Virus record (IMG/VR): IMGVR_UViG_3300030430_003122
Span: 1-64,000 of that record
Strand: one strand, 5' to 3'
DNA from: a virus
Length of the DNA stretch: 64,000 nt
A program made the translations under genes and the position numbers. This document shows, piece after piece, positions 50,119-60,473 of the stretch. Numbering within the stretch: the first letter of the stretch is position 1; the number at the start of each line of letters is the position of its first letter. Under the pieces are notes generated by a model. The model ran no database searches. It was given only the letters and a program-made list of their open reading frames with translations, and was not told the origin of the DNA.

Positions 50119-51530
50119 GTAACAAGATAACCATCAACACAAATGCACCGAATAAGGTGGAGGTTACTGCCACACCTAATAATATCACGGTGACTCAATC
50201 TTCTCCACAGAAAGAGACGATTGAAGTATCACAAGGTATCATTGCCGCTGGTGTCGCTGGTGCCGATGGTTCTGATGGTTCTGATGGTGTAACCGGATCG
50301 ACCGGGGCAACTGGGGCAACTGGGGCGACCGGATCGACCGGGGCAACTGGATCAACCGGTGCAACTGGATCAACCGGTGCGACTGGTGCTACCGGTATTC
50401 CCGCAGGAGTTCGTTTTCAGGTCACAACGACTTCCGGGGATGTTTCTGCTGGAGACGCTGCTTCACATGGTCAGGTGTTTTTTGCCTCGAACAATTCAAG
50501 TTTTAGAATTGCAAGCACCGACATAAATGCAGTTGATGTTAGTGCTATGGTTCATGGTTTAGGTGAGGGTAGTTTCTTAATATTCACAAATGATCTTGGA
50601 ACAAAAGAAAGAATCATTAGGATAAATGCACTCGCCTTCAGCATCGGTCTCGATTCCACTCCAAACGTCGCTAGTTACAATTCCATAACATACATTAAAC
50701 AAAGTGGATCAGTATTTTCTGATAACGAATTTGTAACAGTGAGTAGAGTTCTTGCTGGTGTGACTGGTGCTGCTGGTGCTACCGGTGCAACTGGGGCAAC
50801 TGGACTTGATCAGGTTGATACTGGTTTGACTCTCATTGAGGGATCTAGCGGTGTTACACTTGGTATTGATCCAACCTCGACCATTCATGTAGCAGGAGTA
50901 TCTTCGGATGGTGGAGCGACATTAGGTAGTTCACTTAGAGTTACAACTGCCGACAGCGATGGGGTTGCAGTTGAGGTGCCTAGCGGCGGAAGAATTCGCA
51001 ATACAAATGGTGGACCACAGGTTCACATCAAGTCAAATCAAGTTCAAATTTTACCATTGAACTCTGCCAGTTCTGGACTACATGTTACAGAGGACTTGGT
51101 GAAATCGAATAAGTTGGTTCACACCGTCGAAGGTATCTCTATGGATACCTCTGGCATCACCTTCCCCGATGGAACTCACCAGTCCAGTGCATCATCTGGT
51201 TCTATCTCAGAAATCACGGACTCATATGTTGGTCACATCGAACATGTGTTGAATAAAACATATTTCATCGATGCTAGGTTGGTTGCTGCGAGAACCATCA
51301 CTGAATTTTTTGCCTTCGCCTCTACTGGAGGTTGCACGGCGGAATTGCATGGCAACGGAAACTCAATCGGAACTATCATATTAAACCCAGATAGTCAGGG
51401 TGTCACCGGAGCAACGACACAATCCAGTTTAGCAAACACAACGATACCAGTAGGCAGCACTCTACAGTTTACGGTGAGTGGAAACACTCTCGCGGAAGAT
51501 TTCAGATTTGCGATTGGATACACACAATGA
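50115..51530 (+). CDS. Collagen-like fibre protein
   Basis: Two Gly-X-Y tracts; GITFPDGT fibre motif; C-terminal beta domain. Confidence 0.8.
   Translation: MSNKITINTNAPNKVEVTATPNNITVTQSSPQKETIEVSQGIIAAGVAGADGSDGSDGVTGSTGATGATGATGSTGATGSTGATGSTGATGATGIPAGVRFQVTTTSGDVSAGDAASHGQVFFASNNSSFRIASTDINAVDVSAMVHGLGEGSFLIFTNDLGTKERIIRINALAFSIGLDSTPNVASYNSITYIKQSGSVFSDNEFVTVSRVLAGVTGAAGATGATGATGLDQVDTGLTLIEGSSGVTLGIDPTSTIHVAGVSSDGGATLGSSLRVTTADSDGVAVEVPSGGRIRNTNGGPQVHIKSNQVQILPLNSASSGLHVTEDLVKSNKLVHTVEGISMDTSGITFPDGTHQSSASSGSISEITDSYVGHIEHVLNKTYFIDARLVAARTITEFFAFASTGGCTAELHGNGNSIGTIILNPDSQGVTGATTQSSLANTTIPVGSTLQFTVSGNTLAEDFRFAIGYTQ
50250..50402 (+). repeat. 17 consecutive Gly-X-Y triplets, 12 of them G-x-T
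   Basis: [51 protein letters not shown]. Confidence 0.95.
50757..50810 (+). repeat. Second short collagen tract
   Basis: [18 protein letters not shown]. Confidence 0.85.
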
Positions 51531-52138
51531 CCCCCATATGGTTTGGTGGTAGTCAAGGCGGACAAAGTGAGGATTGGTTCACTGATATGCGTGGTGCTGG
51601 ATCGGCGTATATTGACGGAAGTGATGATAGCGATACCGCCCAAAGTGCTTTAGTCTATCATCCGGGGTATCCTCATAACGGAACATTTACTGAAATAAGA
51701 CTCACTGGTGCGGTTGATGGGACCGAGGGGGCATCGTCCCAATACAACAGAGTTCCAAATTCAAGATTTGCCACCACCGCTAACCGTTCTGATGATCCGT
51801 TGTATGTTGCCCTGTATATTCACACAGATCAAATTCACTCATCAACTGATCCCGCTGGTCAGTATGGAAGTGTGGGAGTTCCGGGGTGGTATGTTTTCGG
51901 TCCATTAGTGGATCAGAATCCCGGTGTTAATGGAAGAAACATATGGACACAAATCGTTGCTTGGCCTACAGGTGGACCAAACACAGATAGATCTAATAAT
52001 GGGTTTCTAGGTCTTGGTGGCGATGCATATAACTTAATTGTCGTTGGTAAAAATAGTAGACCAAAAGCAAGTGGTGAAGGTGGAACTGATAGTTGGAGTA
52101 TTCCGTATGAACTACTTGAGTTTGATCCAGATCAATAA
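51527..52138 (+). CDS. Hypothetical protein (possible fibre tip/receptor-binding partner)
   Basis: ATGA-coupled to the collagen fibre gene; Gly/aromatic-rich. Confidence 0.55.
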   Translation: MTPIWFGGSQGGQSEDWFTDMRGAGSAYIDGSDDSDTAQSALVYHPGYPHNGTFTEIRLTGAVDGTEGASSQYNRVPNSRFATTANRSDDPLYVALYIHTDQIHSSTDPAGQYGSVGVPGWYVFGPLVDQNPGVNGRNIWTQIVAWPTGGPNTDRSNNGFLGLGGDAYNLIVVGKNSRPKASGEGGTDSWSIPYELLEFDPDQ

Positions 52139-52155
52139 ATTAACTAGGAGATAAA

Positions 52156-52656
52156 GTGAATTTTTACAGAATGAATGAACAGGCGGTTGCTCCGAAAAGG
52201 GCAACCGCAGGGTCCGCTTGTTTCGATTTATATTCTTGCTTTGCACAAGGCGGGGAAGTGACCCGCCTCGGAAAGCGAGAGGGTGAATCTTGGCAGACTA
52301 AACCAGTCGATGACTACCGCGTAATTAACCCCGGACAACGCATGGCAATTCCAACTGGGATTATTTTAGAAATTCCAGAGGGTCATGTTGTAAAGGTATT
52401 TGCAAGATCTGGTTTATCTTATAAAAAAGGAATCACCCTAGCGAACTGCGTCGGTATCATTGATCATGATTACCGCGAGGAGTTATTTGTTCTTTTGCAA
52501 AACAACAGCATGGAACCGTATGTTATCAATCACGGCGACCGCATCGCACAAATGGTTTTGGAAAAAGTTTTAAACTACGAACTACTTGAAATTTCCGAAA
52601 GACCTGCTATACTTGAGACCCGAGACGGCGGCATGGGCAGCACCGGAAAGAAATGA
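52156..52656 (+). CDS. dut: Trimeric dUTPase
   Basis: GSACFDL, ARSGL, GIIDHDYR, GDRIAQ, RDGGMGSTG. Confidence 0.95.
   Translation: MNFYRMNEQAVAPKRATAGSACFDLYSCFAQGGEVTRLGKREGESWQTKPVDDYRVINPGQRMAIPTGIILEIPEGHVVKVFARSGLSYKKGITLANCVGIIDHDYREELFVLLQNNSMEPYVINHGDRIAQMVLEKVLNYELLEISERPAILETRDGGMGSTGKK
52586..52613 (+). promoter_or_regulatory. Sigma70-like promoter within dut, for DUF1599-gp43
   Basis: TTGAAA-16-TATACT with extended -10 TG. Confidence 0.45.
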
Positions 52657-53090
52657 AAGGAAACTCAAAATTGACACGCGATGAATTGCTAAGATTCCAC
52701 GAAAAACTCTGCAAGGAAGGCAGAGATCTTATGAACCTCAAGAACCGTGACTATGCAGGTAACCACGGAACCGAACCATTTGCTAATTTTACTCGATGTG
52801 AGGCGATGGGTATTTGTAATACCGAACAAGGTTTCATGGTTCGTATCACCGACAAGATGAGTCGCTTGTCTTCATTTCTCGACTCTGGTAAGATGCATGT
52901 TAAGGACGAAAGTTTTCACGACACTGTTATTGATGTGATTAACTACATGGTGCTTCTTGCCGCATACACCGAGGACAAAGAATCGAAAGAATATGCACAG
53001 GAGCGAAACGAAGAGGACGAAGTGAACAGGCGGATTTCTAAGAATTGGTCTGAATATACAGAAGCAGGTCTACGCTGTAAGGATTCTTGA
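52653..53090 (+). CDS. Nucleotide-modification-associated domain 1 (DUF1599-like) protein
   Basis: KNRDYAG, PFANF, RITDKMSRL, ESFHDTVIDVINY. Confidence 0.75.
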   Translation: MKGNSKLTRDELLRFHEKLCKEGRDLMNLKNRDYAGNHGTEPFANFTRCEAMGICNTEQGFMVRITDKMSRLSSFLDSGKMHVKDESFHDTVIDVINYMVLLAAYTEDKESKEYAQERNEEDEVNRRISKNWSEYTEAGLRCKDS

Positions 53091-55606
53091 TGGGTTTTTA
53101 TACCAATGTCTCGCTGAAAGGGAACCGTGTTCTCTATCGGGGATATCGAAAAGGACAAAGAGTGCAGGAGAGTGTGGAGTATAATCCTACACTCTTTGTC
53201 AATTCACCATCTCCCACAGAGTATAAGACTCTGGATGGGAAGTATGTCGAACCATTCCGCCCCGGCACAATCAAGGATTGTCGAAATTTTGTTCGTGACT
53301 ACGATGGTGTTAATGGATTTAATATTTACGGAAACACAGATTATGTGTATCAGTTTATAGGTGATTTGTTCAAGGAGGACATCGAATATGATCCTTCTCT
53401 GATTCGGATTGCCTACCTAGATATTGAAACGACATGTGAAGGTGGTTTCCCTGATGTTGATAGACCAAACGAAGAAGTTACTGTCATTACTGTTATCGTG
53501 GGTTCTGAGACTCACGTTCTTGCCATTGGCGATTATACTATTGATGATAGCAATGTTAATTCTCACCATTTTAGTAGCGAGTCAGATCTGCTTCGATTCT
53601 TCATCGAGATATGGAAAAAACTTGACCCGGACATCGTGACCGGATGGAACGTTAGGTTTTTTGATATTGCGTATCTTTTTTCTCGCATACGCAGAGTCTT
53701 GGGTGAGAACGATGCAAACCGGTTGTCTCCTTGGGGCATGACCCGTGAGCATATTGTTCATACTAAGCACGGCGAAAAGACCGCAGTTGATCTTATTGGT
53801 ATTTCTATTCTAGACTATCTTGATCTGTATCAAACTTTCACTTATGTAAATCAGGAGTCATACAAACTAGATCACATCGCACATGTAGAACTGGGCGAAC
53901 GCAAGATTGCGTATGATGAGTATGACAGTATCGCAGATTTTTACAAGAAGGACTTTTGTAAGTTTGTTCGCTACAATCATCAAGATACTGTCCTCATCCA
54001 GAAACTAGAGGATAAGATGAAGTTGCTGGAACTCGCACTCGCTCTTGCGTATGCGGCAAAGGTAAACTTCACCGATGTCTTTTCTCAGGTTCGGACTTGG
54101 GATCAGATAATTTATCATCATCTTCGATCAAACAATATTGTCATTCCGATGAAGCGTGGTTCCTCGAAGGACGCTCAGTTTGCAGGTGCATATGTTAAGG
54201 AACCAATCACAGGCAAGCATAACTGGGTGATGTCGTTTGACTTGAACAGTCTATATCCTCACCTTATTATGCAATACAATATCAGTCCCGAGACAAAGAT
54301 CAAAATGTCGGAGGAAGATCTTTTCGGGATGGGACCGGACAATATTCTCAAGACACATTCCGAAATGTATTGGAAGAAGTGTCATAACAAACTCGAACGC
54401 TTCAAGGCGATGGGTTACTCTGTCGCTGCGAATGGAACTTGTTACACGAAGAAGACTCAGGGGTTCTTGCCCGAACTTATGGAGAAGATGTATCAAGAAC
54501 GGAAGCACTATAAGAAGTTGATGATTGATGCACAAAAAAAGAAAGAAAAGAATCCAGACGACAAGTCGTTGGATATGGACATCTCAAAGTATCATAACTT
54601 TCAGTTGGTTCGCAAGATTCAATTGAACTCCGCTTACGGTGCGATTGGCAACCAATATTTCCGTTACTTCGATGTAGACATGGCGGAAGCGATTACCCTT
54701 TCCGGACAGTTGAGCATTCGATGGATTATCAATCATCTCAATGAATTTCTAAACACCACACTGGAGACAACCGATGTCGATTATGTTGTGGCATCTGATA
54801 CCGATTCTGTTTATCTTACCCTTGATGGTTTGGTCCGCAAGTTTTTACCTGATGAGACGGACACAAACAAGATCGTGGATTTCCTTGACAAGTCATCTCA
54901 AAAGATTCTTCAACCGTTCATCGACAAGAAGTATCAGGAACTAGCAGATCTCATGAATGCCTATGACAACAAAATGGTCATGGAGCGTGAGTGCATCGCG
55001 GACAAGGGTATTTGGACTGCAAAGAAAAGATACATGCTCAATGTCTTCGACTCCGAGGGCATTCGATACGAAACACCCAAGATGAAAATCATGGGTATCG
55101 AAACGACAAGATCATCGACTCCGCAGATTGTCCGAGACGCTCTCAAGAAAGCGATTCGGATTATGATGTCGGGGGACGAAGATGAACTTATTGAATTTGT
55201 TGCAAACTTTAAACGCGACTTCATGAGTCAACCGGTGGAAAACATTGCGTTCCCCCGAAGTTGCAACAACATGGATAACTATAGAGATCCCACCACGATC
55301 TGGAGGAAGTCAACTCCAATCGCAGTCAAGGGTGGTTTGGTTTACAACCATTTCGTAGACGAATGGGATCTGGACGCGAAGTATGTGAAGATTCAAGAGG
55401 GTGACAAGATTAAGTTTGTGAGTCTAAAGGAACAAAACCCATTTGGTTGTAATGTAATTTCTTTCCCGGCATCCCCTCCCAAAGAATTTGAATTGGAAAA
55501 GTATGCCGATTATAACAAACAATTTGAAACATCATTCCTAGATCCACTGTCTGTGATAATCTCACATATTGATTGGAACTACGAAAGAAAGGCGGTGTTA
55601 TTTTGA
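53090..55606 (+). CDS. gp43: Family B DNA polymerase gp43
   Basis: LDIET, SFDLNSLYPH, KIQLNSAYG, SDTDS, KKRY; single uninterrupted ORF. Confidence 0.98.
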   Translation: MGFYTNVSLKGNRVLYRGYRKGQRVQESVEYNPTLFVNSPSPTEYKTLDGKYVEPFRPGTIKDCRNFVRDYDGVNGFNIYGNTDYVYQFIGDLFKEDIEYDPSLIRIAYLDIETTCEGGFPDVDRPNEEVTVITVIVGSETHVLAIGDYTIDDSNVNSHHFSSESDLLRFFIEIWKKLDPDIVTGWNVRFFDIAYLFSRIRRVLGENDANRLSPWGMTREHIVHTKHGEKTAVDLIGISILDYLDLYQTFTYVNQESYKLDHIAHVELGERKIAYDEYDSIADFYKKDFCKFVRYNHQDTVLIQKLEDKMKLLELALALAYAAKVNFTDVFSQVRTWDQIIYHHLRSNNIVIPMKRGSSKDAQFAGAYVKEPITGKHNWVMSFDLNSLYPHLIMQYNISPETKIKMSEEDLFGMGPDNILKTHSEMYWKKCHNKLERFKAMGYSVAANGTCYTKKTQGFLPELMEKMYQERKHYKKLMIDAQKKKEKNPDDKSLDMDISKYHNFQLVRKIQLNSAYGAIGNQYFRYFDVDMAEAITLSGQLSIRWIINHLNEFLNTTLETTDVDYVVASDTDSVYLTLDGLVRKFLPDETDTNKIVDFLDKSSQKILQPFIDKKYQELADLMNAYDNKMVMERECIADKGIWTAKKRYMLNVFDSEGIRYETPKMKIMGIETTRSSTPQIVRDALKKAIRIMMSGDEDELIEFVANFKRDFMSQPVENIAFPRSCNNMDNYRDPTTIWRKSTPIAVKGGLVYNHFVDEWDLDAKYVKIQEGDKIKFVSLKEQNPFGCNVISFPASPPKEFELEKYADYNKQFETSFLDPLSVIISHIDWNYERKAVLF

Positions 55607-55800
55607 CATCTAAACTATTAGAACTTGACCAAAAGCAAATCGATGCTATAATTGGTCTCGCAAGCGATGAAGTGACCATGCTAAATGTAAAAATTACGGA
55701 AGCGGTCAAAGACTCGTATTGTAAGTATGAAACAATGGCAGCGATGACCAGAAGACGGAATGGGTTACTCGCATTAATCGACCTGTTAAAAGGAGACTAA
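55603..55800 (+). CDS. Small hypothetical protein
   Basis: TTG start overlapping gp43 stop; fills the gap to uvsX. Confidence 0.5.
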   Translation: MTSKLLELDQKQIDAIIGLASDEVTMLNVKITEAVKDSYCKYETMAAMTRRRNGLLALIDLLKGD

Positions 55801-55803
55801 ATA

Positions 55804-56850
55804 ATGAATATTAATGAATTAGTGAGGGCAACTGGGAATGAACACGCGGGTATCGCGGAGGAAGGACTGGTTTCAGATGTTAGATCTTTTATTGACACTG
55901 GGTCTTATTGCTTCAATTCTCTATTATCGGGAAGTCTATACGGCGGTCTGCCGGATAACAAGATCACGGCGTTGGCAGGCGAATCCGCTACTGGCAAGAC
56001 ATTCTTCGCTCTTGGAATCGTGCATAAGTTCCTTTGTGATAATCCTGATGCTGTTGTGTTATATTTTGACACTGAACATGCTATTACCTCAGACATGGTT
56101 CGAGAGCGAGGAATCGATCCCAAGCGTATTGCCATCCTTCCTGTCGGCACTGTAGAAGAGTTTAGACATCAGGCGATCTCGGTTGTTGATAAGTATCGAG
56201 AGCAGAAGGAATCTGAAAAGAAACCAATGCTCATCGTTCTCGACTCACTCGGAATGCTTTCTACCAATAAGGAAATGGCAGACACCGCAGACGGTAAGAC
56301 CACGCGGGATATGACCCGTGCCCAAATTGTAAAGTCTACCTTCCGAACTTTAACTTTGAAGTTGGGTCAAGCAGGTGTTCCAATGCTCATGACTAACCAC
56401 ACTTATGATGTGGTCGGTTCTATGTTCCCCACCAAGGAAATGGGTGGTGGTTCCGGTCTCAAGTATGCCGCGTCAACTATCATCTACCTTTCCAAGAAGA
56501 AGGTGAAGGAAGGAACCGATGTCGTTGGTAACATCGTGCATTGTAAACTTTACAAGTCTCGACTGACCAAGGAAAACTCAATGGTCGATGTTCTTCTTCG
56601 TTACGACGAGGGACTTCACCCCTACTACGGTCTCGTTGATCTCGCACTGGAGTGCGAAGTATTTGAAAAGTTAGGAACCCGTGTTCAGGTTGCCGATGGA
56701 TCAAAGGTTTACGAAAAGGCAATCTACAAGGATCCTGAAAAGTATTTTACTCCGGATGTCATGGATAAAATCGAAAAGTATGTCGCGGGTAAATTCAAGT
56801 ATGGTTCTGCAATGGTAGAAGAAGATGAAACCGAAGTATCAGATAGTTGA
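55804..56850 (+). CDS. uvsX: RecA-like recombinase UvsX
   Basis: [33 protein letters not shown]. Confidence 0.96.
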   Translation: MNINELVRATGNEHAGIAEEGLVSDVRSFIDTGSYCFNSLLSGSLYGGLPDNKITALAGESATGKTFFALGIVHKFLCDNPDAVVLYFDTEHAITSDMVRERGIDPKRIAILPVGTVEEFRHQAISVVDKYREQKESEKKPMLIVLDSLGMLSTNKEMADTADGKTTRDMTRAQIVKSTFRTLTLKLGQAGVPMLMTNHTYDVVGSMFPTKEMGGGSGLKYAASTIIYLSKKKVKEGTDVVGNIVHCKLYKSRLTKENSMVDVLLRYDEGLHPYYGLVDLALECEVFEKLGTRVQVADGSKVYEKAIYKDPEKYFTPDVMDKIEKYVAGKFKYGSAMVEEDETEVSDS

Positions 56851-57106
56851 AGGTAAAGAAACCCAAGCGGTTGCAGTAGAGATTCAAAACACACAATTCA
56901 AAGGTATGGTTGTTCGTTTTGGAAAAGTTGCCATTCACGAAAAGAATGATACTGCACAACTGGCATTTGATTTTGATGTCATCAAGGGAAAACTTCCTAA
57001 GAACAAGACAAAATTCTCTAGACTTGAAGAGACACTTGGTGATATACTAGTGGACATTCTCGAAAACAACATGGACGCAGTGGAGTTTATTGGTGGAGAC
57101 GACTGA
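56825..57106 (+). CDS. Conserved small protein at gp40 position
   Basis: Between uvsX and gp41 as T4 gene 40; [19 protein letters not shown]. Confidence 0.55.
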   Translation: MKPKYQIVEGKETQAVAVEIQNTQFKGMVVRFGKVAIHEKNDTAQLAFDFDVIKGKLPKNKTKFSRLEETLGDILVDILENNMDAVEFIGGDD

Positions 57107-58514
57107 AAAAGTTATTCTTAGAAATTTAATGCGAGACGAGGAGTTCTCTCGCAGAGTTATTCCTTTCTTGAAGGATGAGTATTTTAAATCGAAAAACGAC
57201 AAGACAGTTTTTCAGATGATTGCCCATCATATTGAAAAGTATAATGCACTTCCCACATCGGATGTCCTGACAATCGCACTCGATGAGAAAAACAATATCA
57301 GTGAGCAGGAATACAAGAACTGCCTTGAACTCGTCGAGGAACTTGGTGAGGAAAAAGAAAAGGTAGACTTCGAGTGGTTGCTCGATAAGACAGAGAACTT
57401 CTGTAAGGATCGGGCAATCTACAATGCTATTCTTGAGTCGATTGAAATTATTGATGGCAAGTCCAGCAATAAAACGAAGAACGCACTACCCGAGATTTTG
57501 TCCGACGCACTCGCAGTCTCATTCGACGAACATATCGGTCACGACTATGAGGGAGATGCAGAGGAGCGATTTGATTTCTATCACAAGGTCGAATCAAAGA
57601 CTCCGTTCGATCTGGAGTTTTTCAATCTAATTAGCAACGGTGGTGTTCCGAACAAAACTTTGAATATCATTCTCGCTGGCACTGGTGTTGGCAAGTCACT
57701 CTTCATGTGTCACCACGCAGCGTCTTGTTACTCTGCTGGTAAAAATGTTCTTTACATTACATGTGAAATGGCAGAGGAGAGAATCGCGGAGAGAATCGAT
57801 GCCAACCTCATGGACATCACACTCGACGAACTCAAGATTCTTCCGAAGGCATCTTATGAAAAGAAACTGGAAAAGGTAACACAGAACATTCAGTCGAAAC
57901 TGATTGTCAAAGAGTATCCGACCGCGACCGCTAACGTGCAACACTTTAGAATTCTACTGGAGGAACTTAAACTCAAAAAGAACTTTGTTCCTGATGTAAT
58001 CTTTATTGATTATTTGAACATTTGTGCGTCGAGTCGATTCAAGGGTGGGAACAATGTAAACTCTTACACGATGATCAAGGCGATTGCCGAGGAACTTCGC
58101 GGACTCGCCGTCGAAAAGAATGTTCCTATCTTTTCTGCAACACAAACGAACCGATCTGGTTTCTCCAGCAGCGATGTTGGTCTCGAAGACACATCCGAAT
58201 CGTTTGGTCTCCCTGCGACTGCCGACTTCATGTTTGCTCTTATATCTACGGAGGAGTTGGATGAGCAGGGACAGATTCTTGTAAAGCAACTTAAAAATCG
58301 TTACAATGATATCGTCACAAACAAGAAGTTTGTTGTCGGCATCAATCGTGGAAAAATGAAACTGTTTGATGTTGACAATTCAGAGGTCAACCTACAGGGA
58401 AGTAACCAAGATGAAACGGACATGTCCGGACTTGGTGTTGGGTTTGATGGAAGAAACTTCGACGAAAAGTTCAAGTCGAATCAAGATAAAATAAGGCAAC
58501 TAAAAGTATTATGA
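57090..58514 (+). CDS. gp41: Replicative helicase gp41
   Basis: AGTGVGKS, EMAEERIAERIDAN, IDYLNIC, ATQTNRSG, SESFGLPATAD. Confidence 0.97.
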   Translation: MVETTEKVILRNLMRDEEFSRRVIPFLKDEYFKSKNDKTVFQMIAHHIEKYNALPTSDVLTIALDEKNNISEQEYKNCLELVEELGEEKEKVDFEWLLDKTENFCKDRAIYNAILESIEIIDGKSSNKTKNALPEILSDALAVSFDEHIGHDYEGDAEERFDFYHKVESKTPFDLEFFNLISNGGVPNKTLNIILAGTGVGKSLFMCHHAASCYSAGKNVLYITCEMAEERIAERIDANLMDITLDELKILPKASYEKKLEKVTQNIQSKLIVKEYPTATANVQHFRILLEELKLKKNFVPDVIFIDYLNICASSRFKGGNNVNSYTMIKAIAEELRGLAVEKNVPIFSATQTNRSGFSSSDVGLEDTSESFGLPATADFMFALISTEELDEQGQILVKQLKNRYNDIVTNKKFVVGINRGKMKLFDVDNSEVNLQGSNQDETDMSGLGVGFDGRNFDEKFKSNQDKIRQLKVL

Positions 58515-58675
58515 AGTATCAAAAAAGACCGTATCAAAAAAGAGAACCCGAACGCATGAGTCGGGACTGGCAGGAAGAATACCGAATGTGGTATGAAAAC
58601 TGGAAGCGAGATCACTGGAATCGAAAGTTCCGTGAACTAAATAAGAAAAACCGCAAAACCAGAAAGCACAGATGA
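58511..58675 (+). CDS. 54-aa basic, Trp-rich protein absent from the supplied ORF track
   Basis: MKYQKRPYQKREPERMSRDWQEEYRMWYENWKRDHWNRKFRELNKKNRKTRKHR; ATGA overlaps with both gp41 stop and gp61 start. Confidence 0.7.
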   Translation: MKYQKRPYQKREPERMSRDWQEEYRMWYENWKRDHWNRKFRELNKKNRKTRKHR

Positions 58676-59760
58676 CCGTTTACATCGATAGAAAATTTGT
58701 TGACTATGTTTCAGGTTCACTCGACAAATTTTCTTGGAAAAAAGATAACCTTGCAAATTGTAGGTGTCCCCTTTGTGGCGACTCACAAAAAAACAAGAAC
58801 AAGTGTAGAGGATTCTTTTATGAACGAGAGGGTTCCTACTATTACAAGTGTCACAATTGTGGAGTGTCACTTTCGCTTTACTCCTTCTTGGAGCAGCACG
58901 CTCCAGCGTTGAAGACGGAGTATCAACTAGAACGGTATCGTGCGAACACGGAGAGTAAACCGAGACCACGACCCGTAAAAATTAAATCAACCGGTGTTGA
59001 AGAAATGTTTAGGAAAAAGTATAAAGAAGTTGTAGATACAAATTGGTTGACCCCAATTAAAGATCTTGACGAGAGTCATGCTGCTCGTCAGTTTGTGATC
59101 AATAGGAAGATCCCAAAGGACAAGCAGGATCTTTTATACTATTGCAAAAACTTTGGTTCATTTACGAAGCGACTGACAGGACAAACAAATCTTTATGGTG
59201 GGGGCGAAGACCGTATCGTTCTTCCTTTCTTTAACAAGGAGGGTAAGATGGTTGCCGCTCAGGGTCGAGCGTTGGCGATGCAGTCTGTTCATGGGAATGT
59301 TGATGACAATAGGCAGACACGAAAGACCAGAGAGTTACTTCGATACATCACCATCAAGTCAAGTGATGCCCCGGATAAACTTTGGTTCGGTCAATGGCGA
59401 GTAAATCCAAAGAAAAAAGTTTACATCGTCGAGGGACCAATTGATAGTTTGTTCATTAAAAACTGCATTGCAATGGTTGGTGCATCTGGGGTTGACAACG
59501 TTCCTCCCCATCTACAAAATAGCGAAGGCGTGTATGTTCTCGACAACGAACCACGCAACAAAGAAATTTACAATCTAAACGAAAAACTAATAAACCTTGG
59601 TAAGACCGTTTGTATTTGGCCAAGTGACATCACACAGAAAGACCCAAATGATATGGTTATGGCAGGGTATACAAGAAGAGAAATTAAAAAGATAATTGAT
59701 GACAATACTTGTAGCGGACTGGTCGCCAAGCATCGACTGAACGAATGGAGTAGAGCATGA
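58672..59760 (+). CDS. gp61: DNA primase gp61
   Basis: CRCPLCGDS..CHNCG zinc finger, QGR, VEGPIDS, DNEPRN, KDPND. Confidence 0.97.
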   Translation: MTVYIDRKFVDYVSGSLDKFSWKKDNLANCRCPLCGDSQKNKNKCRGFFYEREGSYYYKCHNCGVSLSLYSFLEQHAPALKTEYQLERYRANTESKPRPRPVKIKSTGVEEMFRKKYKEVVDTNWLTPIKDLDESHAARQFVINRKIPKDKQDLLYYCKNFGSFTKRLTGQTNLYGGGEDRIVLPFFNKEGKMVAAQGRALAMQSVHGNVDDNRQTRKTRELLRYITIKSSDAPDKLWFGQWRVNPKKKVYIVEGPIDSLFIKNCIAMVGASGVDNVPPHLQNSEGVYVLDNEPRNKEIYNLNEKLINLGKTVCIWPSDITQKDPNDMVMAGYTRREIKKIIDDNTCSGLVAKHRLNEWSRA

Positions 59761-60473
59761 GAGTATTAGATAGAGGACATGTTCAACTTGTGGATCACAT
59801 GGGTTCGGATCTCACAGTTTGTAACGCAGCACGGGTTTCGTTTAACAATGAAACGGACTGGTGTCAAGATCAAAAAGCAATAACTCGTTTAGCAGAGACA
59901 GGATCAAAATACCACGAAGAAGATGTTAGGTGTCTGTGCGATAAAGATAAGAAACTTATAAAGTATCTTGCAAAACATCAACACTGGACTCCCTTTGCAC
60001 ATCCGCAGATCACTTTACGGATCAAAGCACCTATCTCTATTCGCACTCAGTTTTTCAAGCATAAGCAGGGATTCGTCGAGAACGAAATAAGTAGGCGATA
60101 TGTTTCATTTGAACCAGAATTTTACATCCCCCTCTGGAGAGGCAAACCAACTGATGGTGCAAAACAGGGAAGTAGTGAAAGAATATGTGTTGACAACGAA
60201 ACAGATACAAACTATACTAACGCTCTTAAGTTGTGTCTTTACGCATATGAACAACTGCTAGAAAATGGAGTCGCACCAGAACAGGCAAGGTTTGTTCTCC
60301 CACAAGGCATGTATACCGAGTGGTATTGGACTGGATCACTTGCTGCGTATGCAAGATTTTACAAGCAGAGAAAAGACGAACACGCACAATGGGAAATCCG
60401 AGAATACGCAACTGCAATCTCTGAACTAATTCAACCACTGTTTCCTGAGTCATGGAAAAACCTGACTACATAA
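59757..60473 (+). CDS. thyX: Flavin-dependent thymidylate synthase
   Basis: NAARVSF, HWTPF, NEISRRY, PEQARFVLP, AQWEIREYA. Confidence 0.95.
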   Translation: MRVLDRGHVQLVDHMGSDLTVCNAARVSFNNETDWCQDQKAITRLAETGSKYHEEDVRCLCDKDKKLIKYLAKHQHWTPFAHPQITLRIKAPISIRTQFFKHKQGFVENEISRRYVSFEPEFYIPLWRGKPTDGAKQGSSERICVDNETDTNYTNALKLCLYAYEQLLENGVAPEQARFVLPQGMYTEWYWTGSLAAYARFYKQRKDEHAQWEIREYATAISELIQPLFPESWKNLTT

